64,000 bases of DNA from Roseibacillus sp. (lineage in GTDB: Bacteria > Verrucomicrobiota > Verrucomicrobiia > Verrucomicrobiales > Akkermansiaceae): NCBI GenBank assembly GCA_051251855.1, contig JBPOGI010000006.1:290902-354901 (forward strand). The letters run 5' to 3'. A model generated the notes under the pieces. It ran no database searches. It was not told where the DNA came from and saw only the letters and a program-made list of their open reading frames with translations. Made by a program: the position numbers and the translations under genes. This document shows, one piece after another, positions 1 to 9,655 of the stretch; position 1 is the first letter of the stretch, and every line of letters starts with the position of its first letter.

Positions 1-440
1 CATTCTTCGCGGATGGCACGTCCGGATTTCTTATCATATTGGGCAAAGGTGTTCTTGCCACGAACGAGATGAATTTTGAGAAGGCCTGCTTCATCTTTTG
101 GTAGCGGGAATACGAGGGGCCCGAATCCGTTTCGCTCCATTTCGTCGCGATAAAAGTCTTGGATGTGAAGCATGATGCCGGTGAGACGTTCGCGGAATTG
201 GGCGGCGGGCTCGCGGTCGGATGGGGTCCAGTAGACGACGTGCAAAGTGCGGGCTGAGGGCGCGGGGTTGTCACTCTGCCATTGGGTGAGTGTTGCTCGG
301 GCGGCTTTGGCTTGAGCTTGTTCAGAATGGGTGAGTGGGGGTTTGATGTTGGCCGCAGAAGGAATCGACTTTCGTTCGGCAAAGAGCCACGCACCTACTG
401 CAAGAAGGAGGGAAAGAGAGATGAGGGGGAATCGACGCAT
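1..440 (-). CDS. Secreted hypothetical protein, N-terminal part only (runs off window start)
   Basis: Manual translation from ATG at 440: MRRFPLISLSLLLAVGAWLFA (signal peptide)...RTLHVVYWTPSDREPAAQFRERLTGIMLHIQDFYRDEMERNGFG..., open to position 1. Not in the ORF track because it has no stop in the window. Confidence 0.75.
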   Translation of the reverse strand, partial: MRRFPLISLSLLLAVGAWLFAERKSIPSAANIKPPLTHSEQAQAKAARATLTQWQSDNPAPSARTLHVVYWTPSDREPAAQFRERLTGIMLHIQDFYRDEMERNGFGPLVFPLPKDEAGLLKIHLVRGKNTFAQYDKKSGRAIREE

Positions 441-577
441 GGGCTCAGCTTATCCTTACGGGTGTGGAAGGGGTCTTTATGTCGGAATTCTTCAAAAAAT
501 TAACGAATTGCGTTTCGATGGCTTTTGGGGTGCTTGACGCTTGGCAGGAAATGTTTGTGCCGCTACCGATTGAGGTG

Positions 578-1474
578 ATGATTGCAAAGGTTGTTTCGAT
601 AGTTTTGGCGGGAAGTCTTATGGGGGATGCTGAAGAGTGGGTGAATCTTTGGTCTGGGGAAGCGCCAGGAGCGAAGCCTTTGCCGGCGGGATCAGAGCAG
701 GTTGGCGAGGGGTTGCGGTATAGTGAGGTTGAGGTTCCGCAGTATCAGCTCTTTCAGCCGGAGAAGCCGAATGGGCAGGCGATTGTTCTTTTGCCGGGAG
801 GGGGTTATTCGATCGTGTCGTGCGAGAATGAGGGGGTGGGAGTGGCCAATTGGTGTGTGGAGCGCGGTATCACGGCGATGGTGGTGAAGTATCGAGTCAG
901 TCGTAAAGATGAGTCGGGTTATCAGTTTCCGGTGCCGCAATTGGATGCACGTCGAGCTATTCGGACGATGCGAGCAAAGGCGGAAGAGTGGGGCGTGGAG
1001 CCGAGTAAGATTGGAGTAATGGGTGCCTCAGCGGGTGGTCATTTGGCTTCGACGTGCGCGACTCTTTTTGACGAAAAATTGGAGTCTGGTGAGGGCGATG
1101 CCATCGATGCGGTGAGTTGTCGGCCTGACTTTGCGGTGTTGTTGTATCCGGTGATTGGGATGGATAGTCCTTGGGGTCATGGGGGCTCAAAGAGAAGGTT
1201 GCTAGGTGAGAATCCGTCTCCGGAGTTGGTGAAGTTGAATGCGACTCATCTCCAAGTAACGAAGGAAACACCTCCCACTCTGATTGTGCATTCGGCAGAT
1301 GATAAGGCGGTGCCTCTGCGCAACGCGGCGGAGTTTATGAGTGCCTGTGCGGAAAAAGATGTTCCGGTATCGGCGGCGATTTACCCGACCGGGGGTCATG
1401 GCTTCGGTTGGGAGGGGCGGGGTGCGGCCAAGGAGTGGTTGCAGGTTCTTGAGGTTTGGTTGGGAGAGCTTTAA
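578..1474 (+). CDS. Alpha/beta hydrolase (acetyl/feruloyl esterase-like, BD-FAE type)
   Basis: PGGGY oxyanion motif, GASAGG nucleophile elbow, D...HGFG catalytic residues. Signal-like start MIAKVVSIVLAG at 578 (ORF track starts at 464). Confidence 0.85.
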   Translation: MIAKVVSIVLAGSLMGDAEEWVNLWSGEAPGAKPLPAGSEQVGEGLRYSEVEVPQYQLFQPEKPNGQAIVLLPGGGYSIVSCENEGVGVANWCVERGITAMVVKYRVSRKDESGYQFPVPQLDARRAIRTMRAKAEEWGVEPSKIGVMGASAGGHLASTCATLFDEKLESGEGDAIDAVSCRPDFAVLLYPVIGMDSPWGHGGSKRRLLGENPSPELVKLNATHLQVTKETPPTLIVHSADDKAVPLRNAAEFMSACAEKDVPVSAAIYPTGGHGFGWEGRGAAKEWLQVLEVWLGEL

Positions 1475-1534
1475 GAAACATTTTTAAAGGATCGCAAAGA
1501 GGTTGTGGAGAGGTCTGACTAAGGGGCTACGCCA

Positions 1535-1996
1535 ATGACTAAGAACGATATTCTCCGCCGACTCCGATACGCCTTTGAAATCAACGATGCTGACATCGTG
1601 AAAATTATCGCGCATACGGGGGAAGAGGTGAGTGTGAAGGAAGTGGTGAATTGGTTGAAGAAGGAGACCGACCATAATTGTGTGGAGATTTCGGATGCGA
1701 TGCTTTGTCGCTTTTTGGATGGCTATATCATCGAGAAACGAGGGCTGCGATCTGATGGAACGATTCCAGTGCCGCTGGAGTTTCTCTCTAATAATGAGGT
1801 TTTGAGGAAACTGCGTATTGCTTTGGAGCTTCGCGATGAGGATATGAATGCGGTTTTCGAAAAGACGGAGTTTGTGGTGACGAAGGCGGAGCTGAGTTCC
1901 TTCTTTCGGAAAGAGGGGCATCGCAACTATCGCAAATGCCCGGAGCAGGTTCTGCGGAAATTTATCCAGGGTTTGGGTAGGCAGCGGGAGGAGTGA
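1535..1996 (+). CDS. DUF1456 (YehS-like) family protein
   Basis: Two internal repeats NDILRRLRYAF / NNEVLRKLRIAL and SSFFRKEGHRNYRKC tail typical of YehS. Confidence 0.85.
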   Translation: MTKNDILRRLRYAFEINDADIVKIIAHTGEEVSVKEVVNWLKKETDHNCVEISDAMLCRFLDGYIIEKRGLRSDGTIPVPLEFLSNNEVLRKLRIALELRDEDMNAVFEKTEFVVTKAELSSFFRKEGHRNYRKCPEQVLRKFIQGLGRQREE

Positions 1997-2044
1997 GAGC
2001 TTGCAGGGCGGATGCGATCTTAAGCTGCGGTCTAAGGGGGGGAG

Positions 2045-2074
2045 TTTGGAGTGCGTGCAGCTTGCTGCCGCTTT
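2045..2074. repeat. REP-like palindromic extragenic element
   Basis: TTTGGAGTGCGTGCAGCTTGCTGCCGCTTT with internal GCAGC-TT-GCTGC hairpin, in the intergenic region between convergent genes; a degenerate partner (GCAGCAAGCGGC) lies near 2183. Confidence 0.45.
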
Positions 2075-2269
2075 GGGGTCGATGGGTTAGTTCTTTGACT
2101 CTCTCGTGAAGAGGCAAGCTTGCGAGCTCGACCGCGGTGTCGCACGCAGGGAAGGAGCGGTGGTGAGCTGTGACGGGTTGGAGCAGCAAGCGGCTCCTAT
2201 TCTACGTGCGAGAGAGGATTAAGGTGGGTGAGGAAAGCCTCCGCACTTCTGGAACGATTCTGGGTCCTT

Positions 2270-3118
2270 TTAGGTGATCTCCTGCAAGCTGTTGATGACT
2301 TCGTTTTTGAACTCGTCGATAAGTTCGGTGATGAGGGCGACTGGAGAGAGGTTGGGGTCTTCTAACAGAGGCATGAGGTCGAGGGCGAAGGTGACTTGGG
2401 TGACGGTGTCGCTGGCGTGCGGATTGGAGAAGGTGGCGTGTGCGGTGCGCCGTCCGATGAGAGCGTGGTGGTAGTTCTTTCCGCCGGCGATTTGGGATTG
2501 GAAGACTTGGTTGAGCTGGGCGGCGAGTTCGGGATGGGGGGAGACGTCGAGGGTGACTTTGCGAGCATCAGGGACCCAGTCGAGGTCGCGCCAGACTTCG
2601 CAGCCGAGGAGGGTTGTGGGCTGTTGGTCTTTGGGAAGAGCGCGGAGGGCGGCGATGGTAGCGGAAAAGACGGCGAGGTGAGTGGAGTGTTTGTCGGCGG
2701 GGTTGTGAGTGTAGACGGTCTGGGGAGTGGTCTGTGTGAGGAGGGTGATGAGTTGGTCTCGGAGTTGGCTTTGGCCGGTGGGGCTTTTGAGGTGAGAGGA
2801 GGAGTGGGCGAGTTGGAATTGGGCGGCGTACTGACCGAGATCGGCGGCTTGAATTTGTTCGCGGTGGCGGAGTTCTTTGATGTCGGCATCGGTGTGGTCG
2901 GCGAAGGGGCCGGTGCGCGGGGAGCCGCCTCCGTCGGTGCAGGTGATACCGGTGAACCAGTTACTCGGTTCTTGGTAGCAGGTGACGATGCCGTGATAGG
3001 CCATGAACTCGAGGTCGTCCTGATGAGCGCCAATGCCGAGGTGGGTGGTGCGCGTGAAGGCTTCGGGGAGGTCTTTGTGGTCAGGGATGTGCGGCGTCAT
3101 GAGGGGATGGGTTGGCAA
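2270..3118 (-). CDS. PIG-L/LmbE family N-deacetylase
   Basis: GAHQDDLE metal motif, TDGG, D-x-H-x-x-H (DKHSTH). Alternative ATG start at 3100. Confidence 0.85.
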   Translation of the reverse strand: MPTHPLMTPHIPDHKDLPEAFTRTTHLGIGAHQDDLEFMAYHGIVTCYQEPSNWFTGITCTDGGGSPRTGPFADHTDADIKELRHREQIQAADLGQYAAQFQLAHSSSHLKSPTGQSQLRDQLITLLTQTTPQTVYTHNPADKHSTHLAVFSATIAALRALPKDQQPTTLLGCEVWRDLDWVPDARKVTLDVSPHPELAAQLNQVFQSQIAGGKNYHHALIGRRTAHATFSNPHASDTVTQVTFALDLMPLLEDPNLSPVALITELIDEFKNEVINSLQEIT

Positions 3119-3157
3119 ACTTTCTTGTGAGGTGGTCGAAATTGATTAGAAACGGAC

Positions 3158-4492
3158 ATGGAGAAATCTCAAACCACTTCTGGTGCAGTCACGAAACTCT
3201 CGGTGATGATGTTCCTGCAGTTCTTTGTGTGGGGCTCGTGGTTTGTAACGCTCTTTCTTGTTCTAGGGAAAGAGGGGCTCGCTGGAATCATTGGTCGTTC
3301 TTATTCTACCGCGCCAATTGCCGCGATGATTGCGCCGTTATTCTTGGGTCTGGTGGCGGATCGATTCTTTTCGTCAGAGAAGGTGATGGCGGCTTTGATG
3401 TTGGTGGGAGGAGCTTTGATTTTGATGGTTCCGGGCGCGATTGCGAAGGGGAACGGAGAGTTGGTGGTGTGGTTGATTACGGGTCACATGCTTTGTTACA
3501 TGCCTTCCATTGGTCTCGGGAATTCGATCGCCTTTACTCACTTGCCGATGGATGTCTTTCCTCGGGTGAGGGTTTGGGGAACGGTGGGTTGGATTGTAGC
3601 AGGGCTGGTGGCGGGCTTTTTGGGATGGTCCGATAGTGTTCATCTTTTCCATATGGCGGGTGCTGCCGCGATTGCGCTGGGTATCTTTAGCTTCTTCCTT
3701 CCTCACACGCCTCCTCCGGCGGCGGACCAGCCTTTGAATTTGCGAGCGTTGTTGATGGTGGATGCCTTTTCGCTTCTTAAGAAACCTTCGTTCGCGGTCT
3801 TTGTGCTTTGTTCGGGGTTGATTTGTGTGCCGCTTGCTTACTACTACTCGAATGCTTCGGGTTACCTGGGCAACATGGGCTTTGAGCAGGCGGCTTCGGC
3901 GATGTCGGTGGGGCAGATGTCCGAGATTATTTTCATGCTAATGCTGCCCTTTTTCTTTCGGAAGCTGGGTGTGAAATGGATGGTGATGATTGGGATGGTC
4001 GCTTGGATCAGTCGCTACTTTCTGTTTGCGTTGGGAGCACCCGAGCAGGTGGTGTGGATGCTGTTTATGGGAATTGCGCTTCATGGCATCTGTTACGATT
4101 TCTTCTTTGTCACGGGCTTCATGTATACCGACCGGGTGGCTCCGCCTGCGATTCGAGGTCAGGCTCAGAGTTTGTTGATTTTCTTTACGCAAGGGGTGGG
4201 GCTTTATGTGGGCTTTCAAATTGCGTCTAGGAAGTTGGCTCCGGTAGCGGAGAAGTCGAAGGAGTTGCAGGGTGCTATTTCTGAGGCTCGGGGTGAGAGC
4301 AGTGTGAGCTTTGCGGAGCAAATGGGTCAGATGTTTGCGGTGAGTATGCCCAAGGAGGTTGATGTCAGTTTGTTGGCGCAAACGAGCGAGCTTTGGAAGA
4401 GTTACTGGATTTTTCCGGCGGTGATGTCGGTGGTGGTGGGGGTGATTTTCTTTTTGGCCTTCTGGGACAAAGCCGAGGATGCCGACAAATAA
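3158..4492 (+). CDS. MFS transporter, nucleoside:H+ symporter (NupG/XapB/YegT-like) family
   Basis: LSVMMFLQFFVWGSW N-terminus, ADRFFSSEK, FPRVRVWGTVGW, LHGICYDFFFV; about 12 hydrophobic segments. Confidence 0.9.
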   Translation: MEKSQTTSGAVTKLSVMMFLQFFVWGSWFVTLFLVLGKEGLAGIIGRSYSTAPIAAMIAPLFLGLVADRFFSSEKVMAALMLVGGALILMVPGAIAKGNGELVVWLITGHMLCYMPSIGLGNSIAFTHLPMDVFPRVRVWGTVGWIVAGLVAGFLGWSDSVHLFHMAGAAAIALGIFSFFLPHTPPPAADQPLNLRALLMVDAFSLLKKPSFAVFVLCSGLICVPLAYYYSNASGYLGNMGFEQAASAMSVGQMSEIIFMLMLPFFFRKLGVKWMVMIGMVAWISRYFLFALGAPEQVVWMLFMGIALHGICYDFFFVTGFMYTDRVAPPAIRGQAQSLLIFFTQGVGLYVGFQIASRKLAPVAEKSKELQGAISEARGESSVSFAEQMGQMFAVSMPKEVDVSLLAQTSELWKSYWIFPAVMSVVVGVIFFLAFWDKAEDADK

Positions 4493-4504
4493 GAGTTTAC
4501 TAAG

Positions 4505-5584
4505 ATGAGTGTTCAAAGAGTGCGGGTGTTGTGTGTCGGTGCGGGTCATATGGGGGCTTCGCATGCGCGGGCTTATGCGGGACTGGAGGGGTTTGAGATT
4601 TGTGGAGTGGTGACGAGGAGTGAGGGATCGCGGGCGGCCTTGTTAGAGGAGTTGGGGGGAGATGTTGCAGGCTTTAATGATTTTCATGAAGCGCTCGCTG
4701 CAACGAAGCCGGATGCTGTTTCGATTTCGACCTATCCCGATACTCATGCCGAGTATGCGATTGCGGCGATGGAGGCGGGGGCGGATGTCTTTGTGGAGAA
4801 GCCTTTGGCTGAGACGGTGGCGGAGGCTGAGAAGATTGTAGCGAAGGCGCAGGAGTTGGGACGTAAGGTGGTGATTGGCTATATTCTGCGGGTGCATCCG
4901 AGTTGGGTGAAATTTATTGAGATGTCGCATTCACTTGGGAAGCCATTGGTGATGCGCATGAATCTGAACCAGCAGTCGAGTGGCGAGAATTGGGAGACGC
5001 ATAAGAAGCTGATGTCATCGATTCCGCCGGTGGTGGATTGTGGGGTGCATTACGTGGATGTGATGTGTCAGATGACGCGATCGAAGCCGATTCGGGTGAG
5101 TGGAATTGGGGCGCGATTGAGTGATGAGTTGCCCGCGGGGATGGTGAACTATGGCCAGTTACAAGTGACCTTTGAGGATGGCTCAGTGGGGTGGTATGAG
5201 GCAGGTTGGGGGCCGATGATGAGCGAGATGGCGTTCTTTGTGAAAGATGTCGTGGGCCCGAAGGGGTGCGTCACTATCGAGGCGAAGGATGCGGGAGCGA
5301 GCGGGGCTTCGGCGGATGTGGACGCGCATACCAAGACGGAGTCGTTGCGATTGCATCACAGTGAACTGGGACCGGGTGGCAAGTTCGTGAAGGCGGACGA
5401 GTGGATCGATACCGAGGACGAACCGGACCACGATGAGCTTTGCAAACGGGAGCAGGAGTATTTTTTGCAGTCGATTCGGGAAGACTTGGATTTAAGCGAC
5501 CACATGAATGATGCGCTCAACTCGATGCGTATTGTGGCCGCTGCGCATGAGAGTTTCCTGACGGGCCGTATGATTGAGCTGTAG
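4505..5584 (+). CDS. Gfo/Idh/MocA family NAD(P)-dependent oxidoreductase
   Basis: VGAGHMG Rossmann motif, VFVEKPLA, DCGVHYVD catalytic motif. Confidence 0.9.
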   Translation: MSVQRVRVLCVGAGHMGASHARAYAGLEGFEICGVVTRSEGSRAALLEELGGDVAGFNDFHEALAATKPDAVSISTYPDTHAEYAIAAMEAGADVFVEKPLAETVAEAEKIVAKAQELGRKVVIGYILRVHPSWVKFIEMSHSLGKPLVMRMNLNQQSSGENWETHKKLMSSIPPVVDCGVHYVDVMCQMTRSKPIRVSGIGARLSDELPAGMVNYGQLQVTFEDGSVGWYEAGWGPMMSEMAFFVKDVVGPKGCVTIEAKDAGASGASADVDAHTKTESLRLHHSELGPGGKFVKADEWIDTEDEPDHDELCKREQEYFLQSIREDLDLSDHMNDALNSMRIVAAAHESFLTGRMIEL

Positions 5585-5596
5585 AATTTTGAGAGA

Positions 5597-6916
5597 ATGA
5601 AGAGATTGACGATACTTTTGGTAATGGGCCTGGCCGGGATGGCTTCAGGGAATTGGGTGAAGCTGAGCGGAGGGGCAGACTTATCGGGCTGGATGGGGGG
5701 CGAGGGTCAGACTGAGGTTGAGGGTTATGTTTTGAAGGATGGGGTGATCTCTTCTCAGCCGGGGTGTGTGAATTTGAAATCGGCCAAAGAGTATGAGGAT
5801 TACATTTTGGAGTTTGAGTTCAAGCTGACGCCAGGGGCGAACAATGGGTTAGGGATTCATTACACGGGGGAAGGAGACCCAGCTTATACGGGCATGGAGT
5901 TGCAGATTTTAGACAACTCGTCTGAGAAGTATCAGGGGAAATTGAAGGACTATCAGTGGCACGGGTCGCTCTATACTTTAGCGGCGGCGAGGAGGGGGTT
6001 CTTGAAGCCGGTGGGGGAGTGGAATATGCAGCGGGTGACGGTGCGAGGAGCGCGGGTGTCGGTGGAGCTGAATGGGGTCACGATTCTGAATGAGAATTTG
6101 GATGCGTTGAATGAGAAGTATCCTAAGCACGAAGGGGCGAAGAGGCGGAAGGGTTTGATTACTTTTTGCGGCCACGGTGATGTGGTGAGTTGGCGCAAAG
6201 TTCGGATTGTAGAGATTCCGTTTGGGGCAAAGAAGGAGGAGGCGATGTATCAGCCTTCGGGAAAGAAAGATGACTTTGAGGCTTTAGGATTTCGTGATTT
6301 GTTAGCGGGTGGGAACCTCTCGCAGTGGAAGATGGAGCCAGGTCACGAGGGACATTGGACCGTGGTGGATGGGTGGAAGGTTGCTTACGATGGTAAGAGC
6401 AAGGCGAAAGATAAAAGTCTCTGGGGGAAGAAGGATTTGAAGGATTTTGAGTTGATTTGTGATTGGCGCTTCACGAGTGAGGGGAAGCCCAAGAAGCAGC
6501 CCATTGTGCTCCCAAATGGGATGGATATGCGGGGAGCGAAGGATGAGGTGATGACGATGGAAGTCGAGGACCTCGATAGTGGAATTTATTTGCGAGGAAG
6601 TAACCGTACCCAAGTGAACATGTGGAATTGGTCAGTGGGGTCAGGGGAAGTTTATGGGGTGAGAAATTCTTCTGTCGGTATTCCTTACAAAGCGGCGGTT
6701 ACTCCGCGTTTGAAAGCGGATCATCCGGTGAGGGAGTGGAATCGTTTCTTTATCCGGATGGTGGGAGAGAAGCTGACGGTCTATTTGAATGGAGAAGCCG
6801 TTTTGTTCGAGGCGGTGCTGCCTCCGGTTAAGAAAACAGGCCCGATCGCGCTTCAGCATCACGGGAATCCGGTAGAGTTTGGGAACTTGTGGGTGCGGGA
6901 GTTGGAGGGTGAGTAG
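5597..6916 (+). CDS. Tandem DUF1080 (3-keto-disaccharide hydrolase-like) secreted protein
   Basis: Signal peptide; two domains with NNG/DSG, ELQILD, GEWN/REWN and GPIALQHHG motifs. Confidence 0.9.
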   Translation: MKRLTILLVMGLAGMASGNWVKLSGGADLSGWMGGEGQTEVEGYVLKDGVISSQPGCVNLKSAKEYEDYILEFEFKLTPGANNGLGIHYTGEGDPAYTGMELQILDNSSEKYQGKLKDYQWHGSLYTLAAARRGFLKPVGEWNMQRVTVRGARVSVELNGVTILNENLDALNEKYPKHEGAKRRKGLITFCGHGDVVSWRKVRIVEIPFGAKKEEAMYQPSGKKDDFEALGFRDLLAGGNLSQWKMEPGHEGHWTVVDGWKVAYDGKSKAKDKSLWGKKDLKDFELICDWRFTSEGKPKKQPIVLPNGMDMRGAKDEVMTMEVEDLDSGIYLRGSNRTQVNMWNWSVGSGEVYGVRNSSVGIPYKAAVTPRLKADHPVREWNRFFIRMVGEKLTVYLNGEAVLFEAVLPPVKKTGPIALQHHGNPVEFGNLWVRELEGE

Positions 6917-6919
6917 CCA

Positions 6920-7264
6920 ATGGAGGTGAGATTGGATGTAACCGTCGCAGAGGAGTTCTCTCGTAGACTGCGGCGGCGAGCTGTTTTGGAGAAGTGTTTA
7001 TATGCTTCGACTTGGCTGAGCCTTTTCGTGATGTGGCTTTGTATCGGAAAGTCGAATTATCCGTTGTGGCCTTCGATCACGATATTGGTCGTAATATTAG
7101 CTGCGATGACTTGGGGGAAGTTTGATTGGCGCTGCCCGTCTTGTCGTGGATTTCTCCCGAAGAAGGGTGAGTTGTTAGAAGAGTGTCCCCATTGCCACGC
7201 GTCGTTCGTGAATAACAAAAATCTAGATTCTGAAGTGGCGCGGTCCTCCGAGCCGCGAGGGTGA
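6920..7264 (+). CDS. Small membrane protein with C-terminal zinc ribbon
   Basis: Two TM segments followed by CPSC...CPHC; starts 3 nt after the DUF1080 stop. Confidence 0.65.
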   Translation: MEVRLDVTVAEEFSRRLRRRAVLEKCLYASTWLSLFVMWLCIGKSNYPLWPSITILVVILAAMTWGKFDWRCPSCRGFLPKKGELLEECPHCHASFVNNKNLDSEVARSSEPRG

Positions 7265-7346
7265 AGGCAGTCGTCTCGGCTGGCTGCGGTGGCTTAATCC
7301 AGGCGGGATTCCTGGCCTCACCTACACGCGCCTGAGGCCCCATGCT

Positions 7347-8726
7347 TTACTGGGGGACAGGGTAGGCGAAGCGGTAGAACTTTTTTTGTTCACTGGTGGG
7401 GGAGGTCACTTCGATACTGAGGTTACCGTTGATGTCGGCGGTAATGGGGGTGTCGGACCAGTTCTCGCCATCGGTGGATTGTTGGAAGAGGTAGTCGAAG
7501 CCGGGAACCCCTTGTGCGGAGAGAGTGGAGGTGTGTTGACTGGCGTTGGAGGACATTGCCATGGCCATCGATTCGTCGGGTATGACGATAAGGGTCAGTT
7601 GGTCGTTTTCGTCAAAGGGGGGCGACCATTTGGGATCGGTGTAAAGGTCGTTACCACTGAGTGTTTCTAGGAAATTAACGAGGTCTGTTTGCTCCTGAGT
7701 AGAGAGGTTGAGGTTCTGGGGGGTGCCTCCACCTGGTCCTCCACCTCGAATCAGACGAGGGTCCAGGCCGGGCACAATCGCTGGAATCGCGTTATAGTGT
7801 GCGACCACGGCGGCAAGAGTCGCCTTGCTACCATCGTGCATGAAAGGTCCGTTAGGTGTTCCGTTTAGGTTGGTGAGGTCACGAAGGCTTGGAGAGCGAG
7901 TGTTGGTGAAGTCGGTGCCTCCTTCTAGAGAGGTGACCACTCCGTTGTTGCCTGAGTTGGGGTCGATGTCGAAGGTGGGTGGTTGGTGGCAAGCAGCACA
8001 ACCAGCTCCGCCTCCGCCTGGTCCACCTGGAGGGGCGAGGAAGAGGGCTTTGCCGCTGTTCTCGCTGGCGGTGAAGTTGGGGAAAGGGGCGCCGTCGTTG
8101 AGAACGGTGGCGCGACCGTCATCGTATTTGCTGTCGAAGGATTGGATGCTGCGAACGAATTGAGCAAGTGGCTTTTGAACGCGATCTTCGGTGATGTTGG
8201 GGTTACCGTAGACGCCGTTGAAGAGGACGCGGTATTCGTCGATGGCGGAAAGTTTGTCCACTAAGTCGGAGAAGTCGGGGTCATCCAAAGTGCCACTGAA
8301 GCCCATCTCGATATGGTCTTGGATGGGCTGGCTTGTCTGGACCTCAAGGGTCGCCGCTCTTTCATCCCAGAAGAAGCTGTTGCTCTGAGCGAAACGCGAG
8401 TTGACCAGCCTCATGGAGTGTCTGCCGGTGGTTCCTGCGACGCCGGTGCTGGCGATGGCGAGGTCGCTGAATCCGTTTCCTTGCTGGTGGCAGGAGGCGC
8501 AAGAGATGGTGTTGTTTTTGGAGAGGCGTTTGTCGTAGAAGAGGATTCGTCCCAAAGTTGCCCCTAAATCAGTGATGGCGTTGTTGTTGGGAGTGTTGTC
8601 TCGGTTGATGTAGTTGGGGAGGGGTTGATTGGCGTAGTTGGCCAAGTCAGTGAGATCAATGGTGCCTGATTGTGCCGGAGCATAAAGAGGAAGGCAGGTG
8701 GTGAGGGCGAGGAGGCTTTTTATCAT
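7347..8726 (-). CDS. Di-heme cytochrome c peroxidase (CCP/MauG family) with C-terminal beta-rich extension
   Basis: LGRILFYDKRLS, CASCH and CAACH heme motifs, FWDERA, PSLR, PFMHDGS; signal peptide from ATG 8726; tail ending KKFYRF. Confidence 0.9.
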   Translation of the reverse strand: MIKSLLALTTCLPLYAPAQSGTIDLTDLANYANQPLPNYINRDNTPNNNAITDLGATLGRILFYDKRLSKNNTISCASCHQQGNGFSDLAIASTGVAGTTGRHSMRLVNSRFAQSNSFFWDERAATLEVQTSQPIQDHIEMGFSGTLDDPDFSDLVDKLSAIDEYRVLFNGVYGNPNITEDRVQKPLAQFVRSIQSFDSKYDDGRATVLNDGAPFPNFTASENSGKALFLAPPGGPGGGGAGCAACHQPPTFDIDPNSGNNGVVTSLEGGTDFTNTRSPSLRDLTNLNGTPNGPFMHDGSKATLAAVVAHYNAIPAIVPGLDPRLIRGGGPGGGTPQNLNLSTQEQTDLVNFLETLSGNDLYTDPKWSPPFDENDQLTLIVIPDESMAMAMSSNASQHTSTLSAQGVPGFDYLFQQSTDGENWSDTPITADINGNLSIEVTSPTSEQKKFYRFAYPVPQ

Positions 8727-8820
8727 GAGTTGTGGTGGGGTGGCCAATGATTGAAAGTAGATTGCGTAAAGGACTGATTTTGAACCAGTCTCTTTTTATT
8801 AAGAGTTGATTAAGGAGCTC

Positions 8821-9573
8821 TTAGTAGAGGACCTTGACGAGGGTAAGTCCGCTGGCGGGGGCGCAGTGAGCCGGTTTGCGTGGCTCCCCTTGTTCGCCTT
8901 GAAGGAGGTCTTCAACTTCGTCGAGGCGAAGGCGGCCTTGGGCAGCTTGCACGGCCGTGCCGGTGAGCATGCGGACCATTTTGTAGAGAAAGCCGTTGCC
9001 GATGAAGGTGAGGAGGTAGCCGTCGTCGGTGGTGGCGAAGTCGCACCGGGTGAGGGTGCGGTTGTATTCTGTCTTTTCGCTTTCGTTGCCGCGTTTGGCG
9101 GAAAGATGGCGGAAGTCGTGTTCGCCGAGGAACAGAGCGAGCGCTTCTTCGAGGGTGACGGGGTCGAGTTGACGGGGAAGGTGCCAGGCGAGGCCGGCGT
9201 CGAGAGGGGGAAGGACGGGGGCGAGGGAGAGGCGGTATTGGTAAGTTTTTTCTTTGGCTGAAAAGCGGGCGTGAAAGTCGGGGGAGGCCTCTTCGCAGTC
9301 CATGACCCGGATGGTTGGGGGCAATTTGCCGTTGAGGGCGGGGAGGTAGTTGAAGGGGTTCATCGACGAGTTGTCGGGAGCGTCGAAGTGGGCGATTTGG
9401 CCTAGGGCATGCACGCCGGCGTCGGTGCGGCCGGCATTGTGAATGCGGATGGGTTCTTTGACGACTTCGGCGAGGGCGGCTTCGAGGTGGTCTTGTACGG
9501 TGCCGCCTTCGGGCTGGGAGGCCCAGCCGAGGAAGGGGCGTCCGTCATAGGCGATGGTGAGCTTGAGGCGCAT
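8821..9573 (-). CDS. truA: tRNA pseudouridine(38-40) synthase
   Basis: AYDG..F.GW, AGRTDAGVHA, FHARF, GFLYKMVR motifs. Confidence 0.95.
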   Translation of the reverse strand: MRLKLTIAYDGRPFLGWASQPEGGTVQDHLEAALAEVVKEPIRIHNAGRTDAGVHALGQIAHFDAPDNSSMNPFNYLPALNGKLPPTIRVMDCEEASPDFHARFSAKEKTYQYRLSLAPVLPPLDAGLAWHLPRQLDPVTLEEALALFLGEHDFRHLSAKRGNESEKTEYNRTLTRCDFATTDDGYLLTFIGNGFLYKMVRMLTGTAVQAAQGRLRLDEVEDLLQGEQGEPRKPAHCAPASGLTLVKVLY

Positions 9574-9587
9574 TCGTGCGGTGAAAT

Positions 9588-9650
9588 GGAGAAGGGACAT
9601 TCCTGTCCCTGAATTGATATTTAAACCAAGGACAGGAATGTCCTTGCTTC
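9588..9650. repeat. REP-like inverted repeat pair
   Basis: GGACATTCCTGTCC (9595-9608) and its exact reverse complement GGACAGGAATGTCC (9630-9643); each arm is itself palindromic. Confidence 0.65.
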
Positions 9651-9655
9651 GTTTA

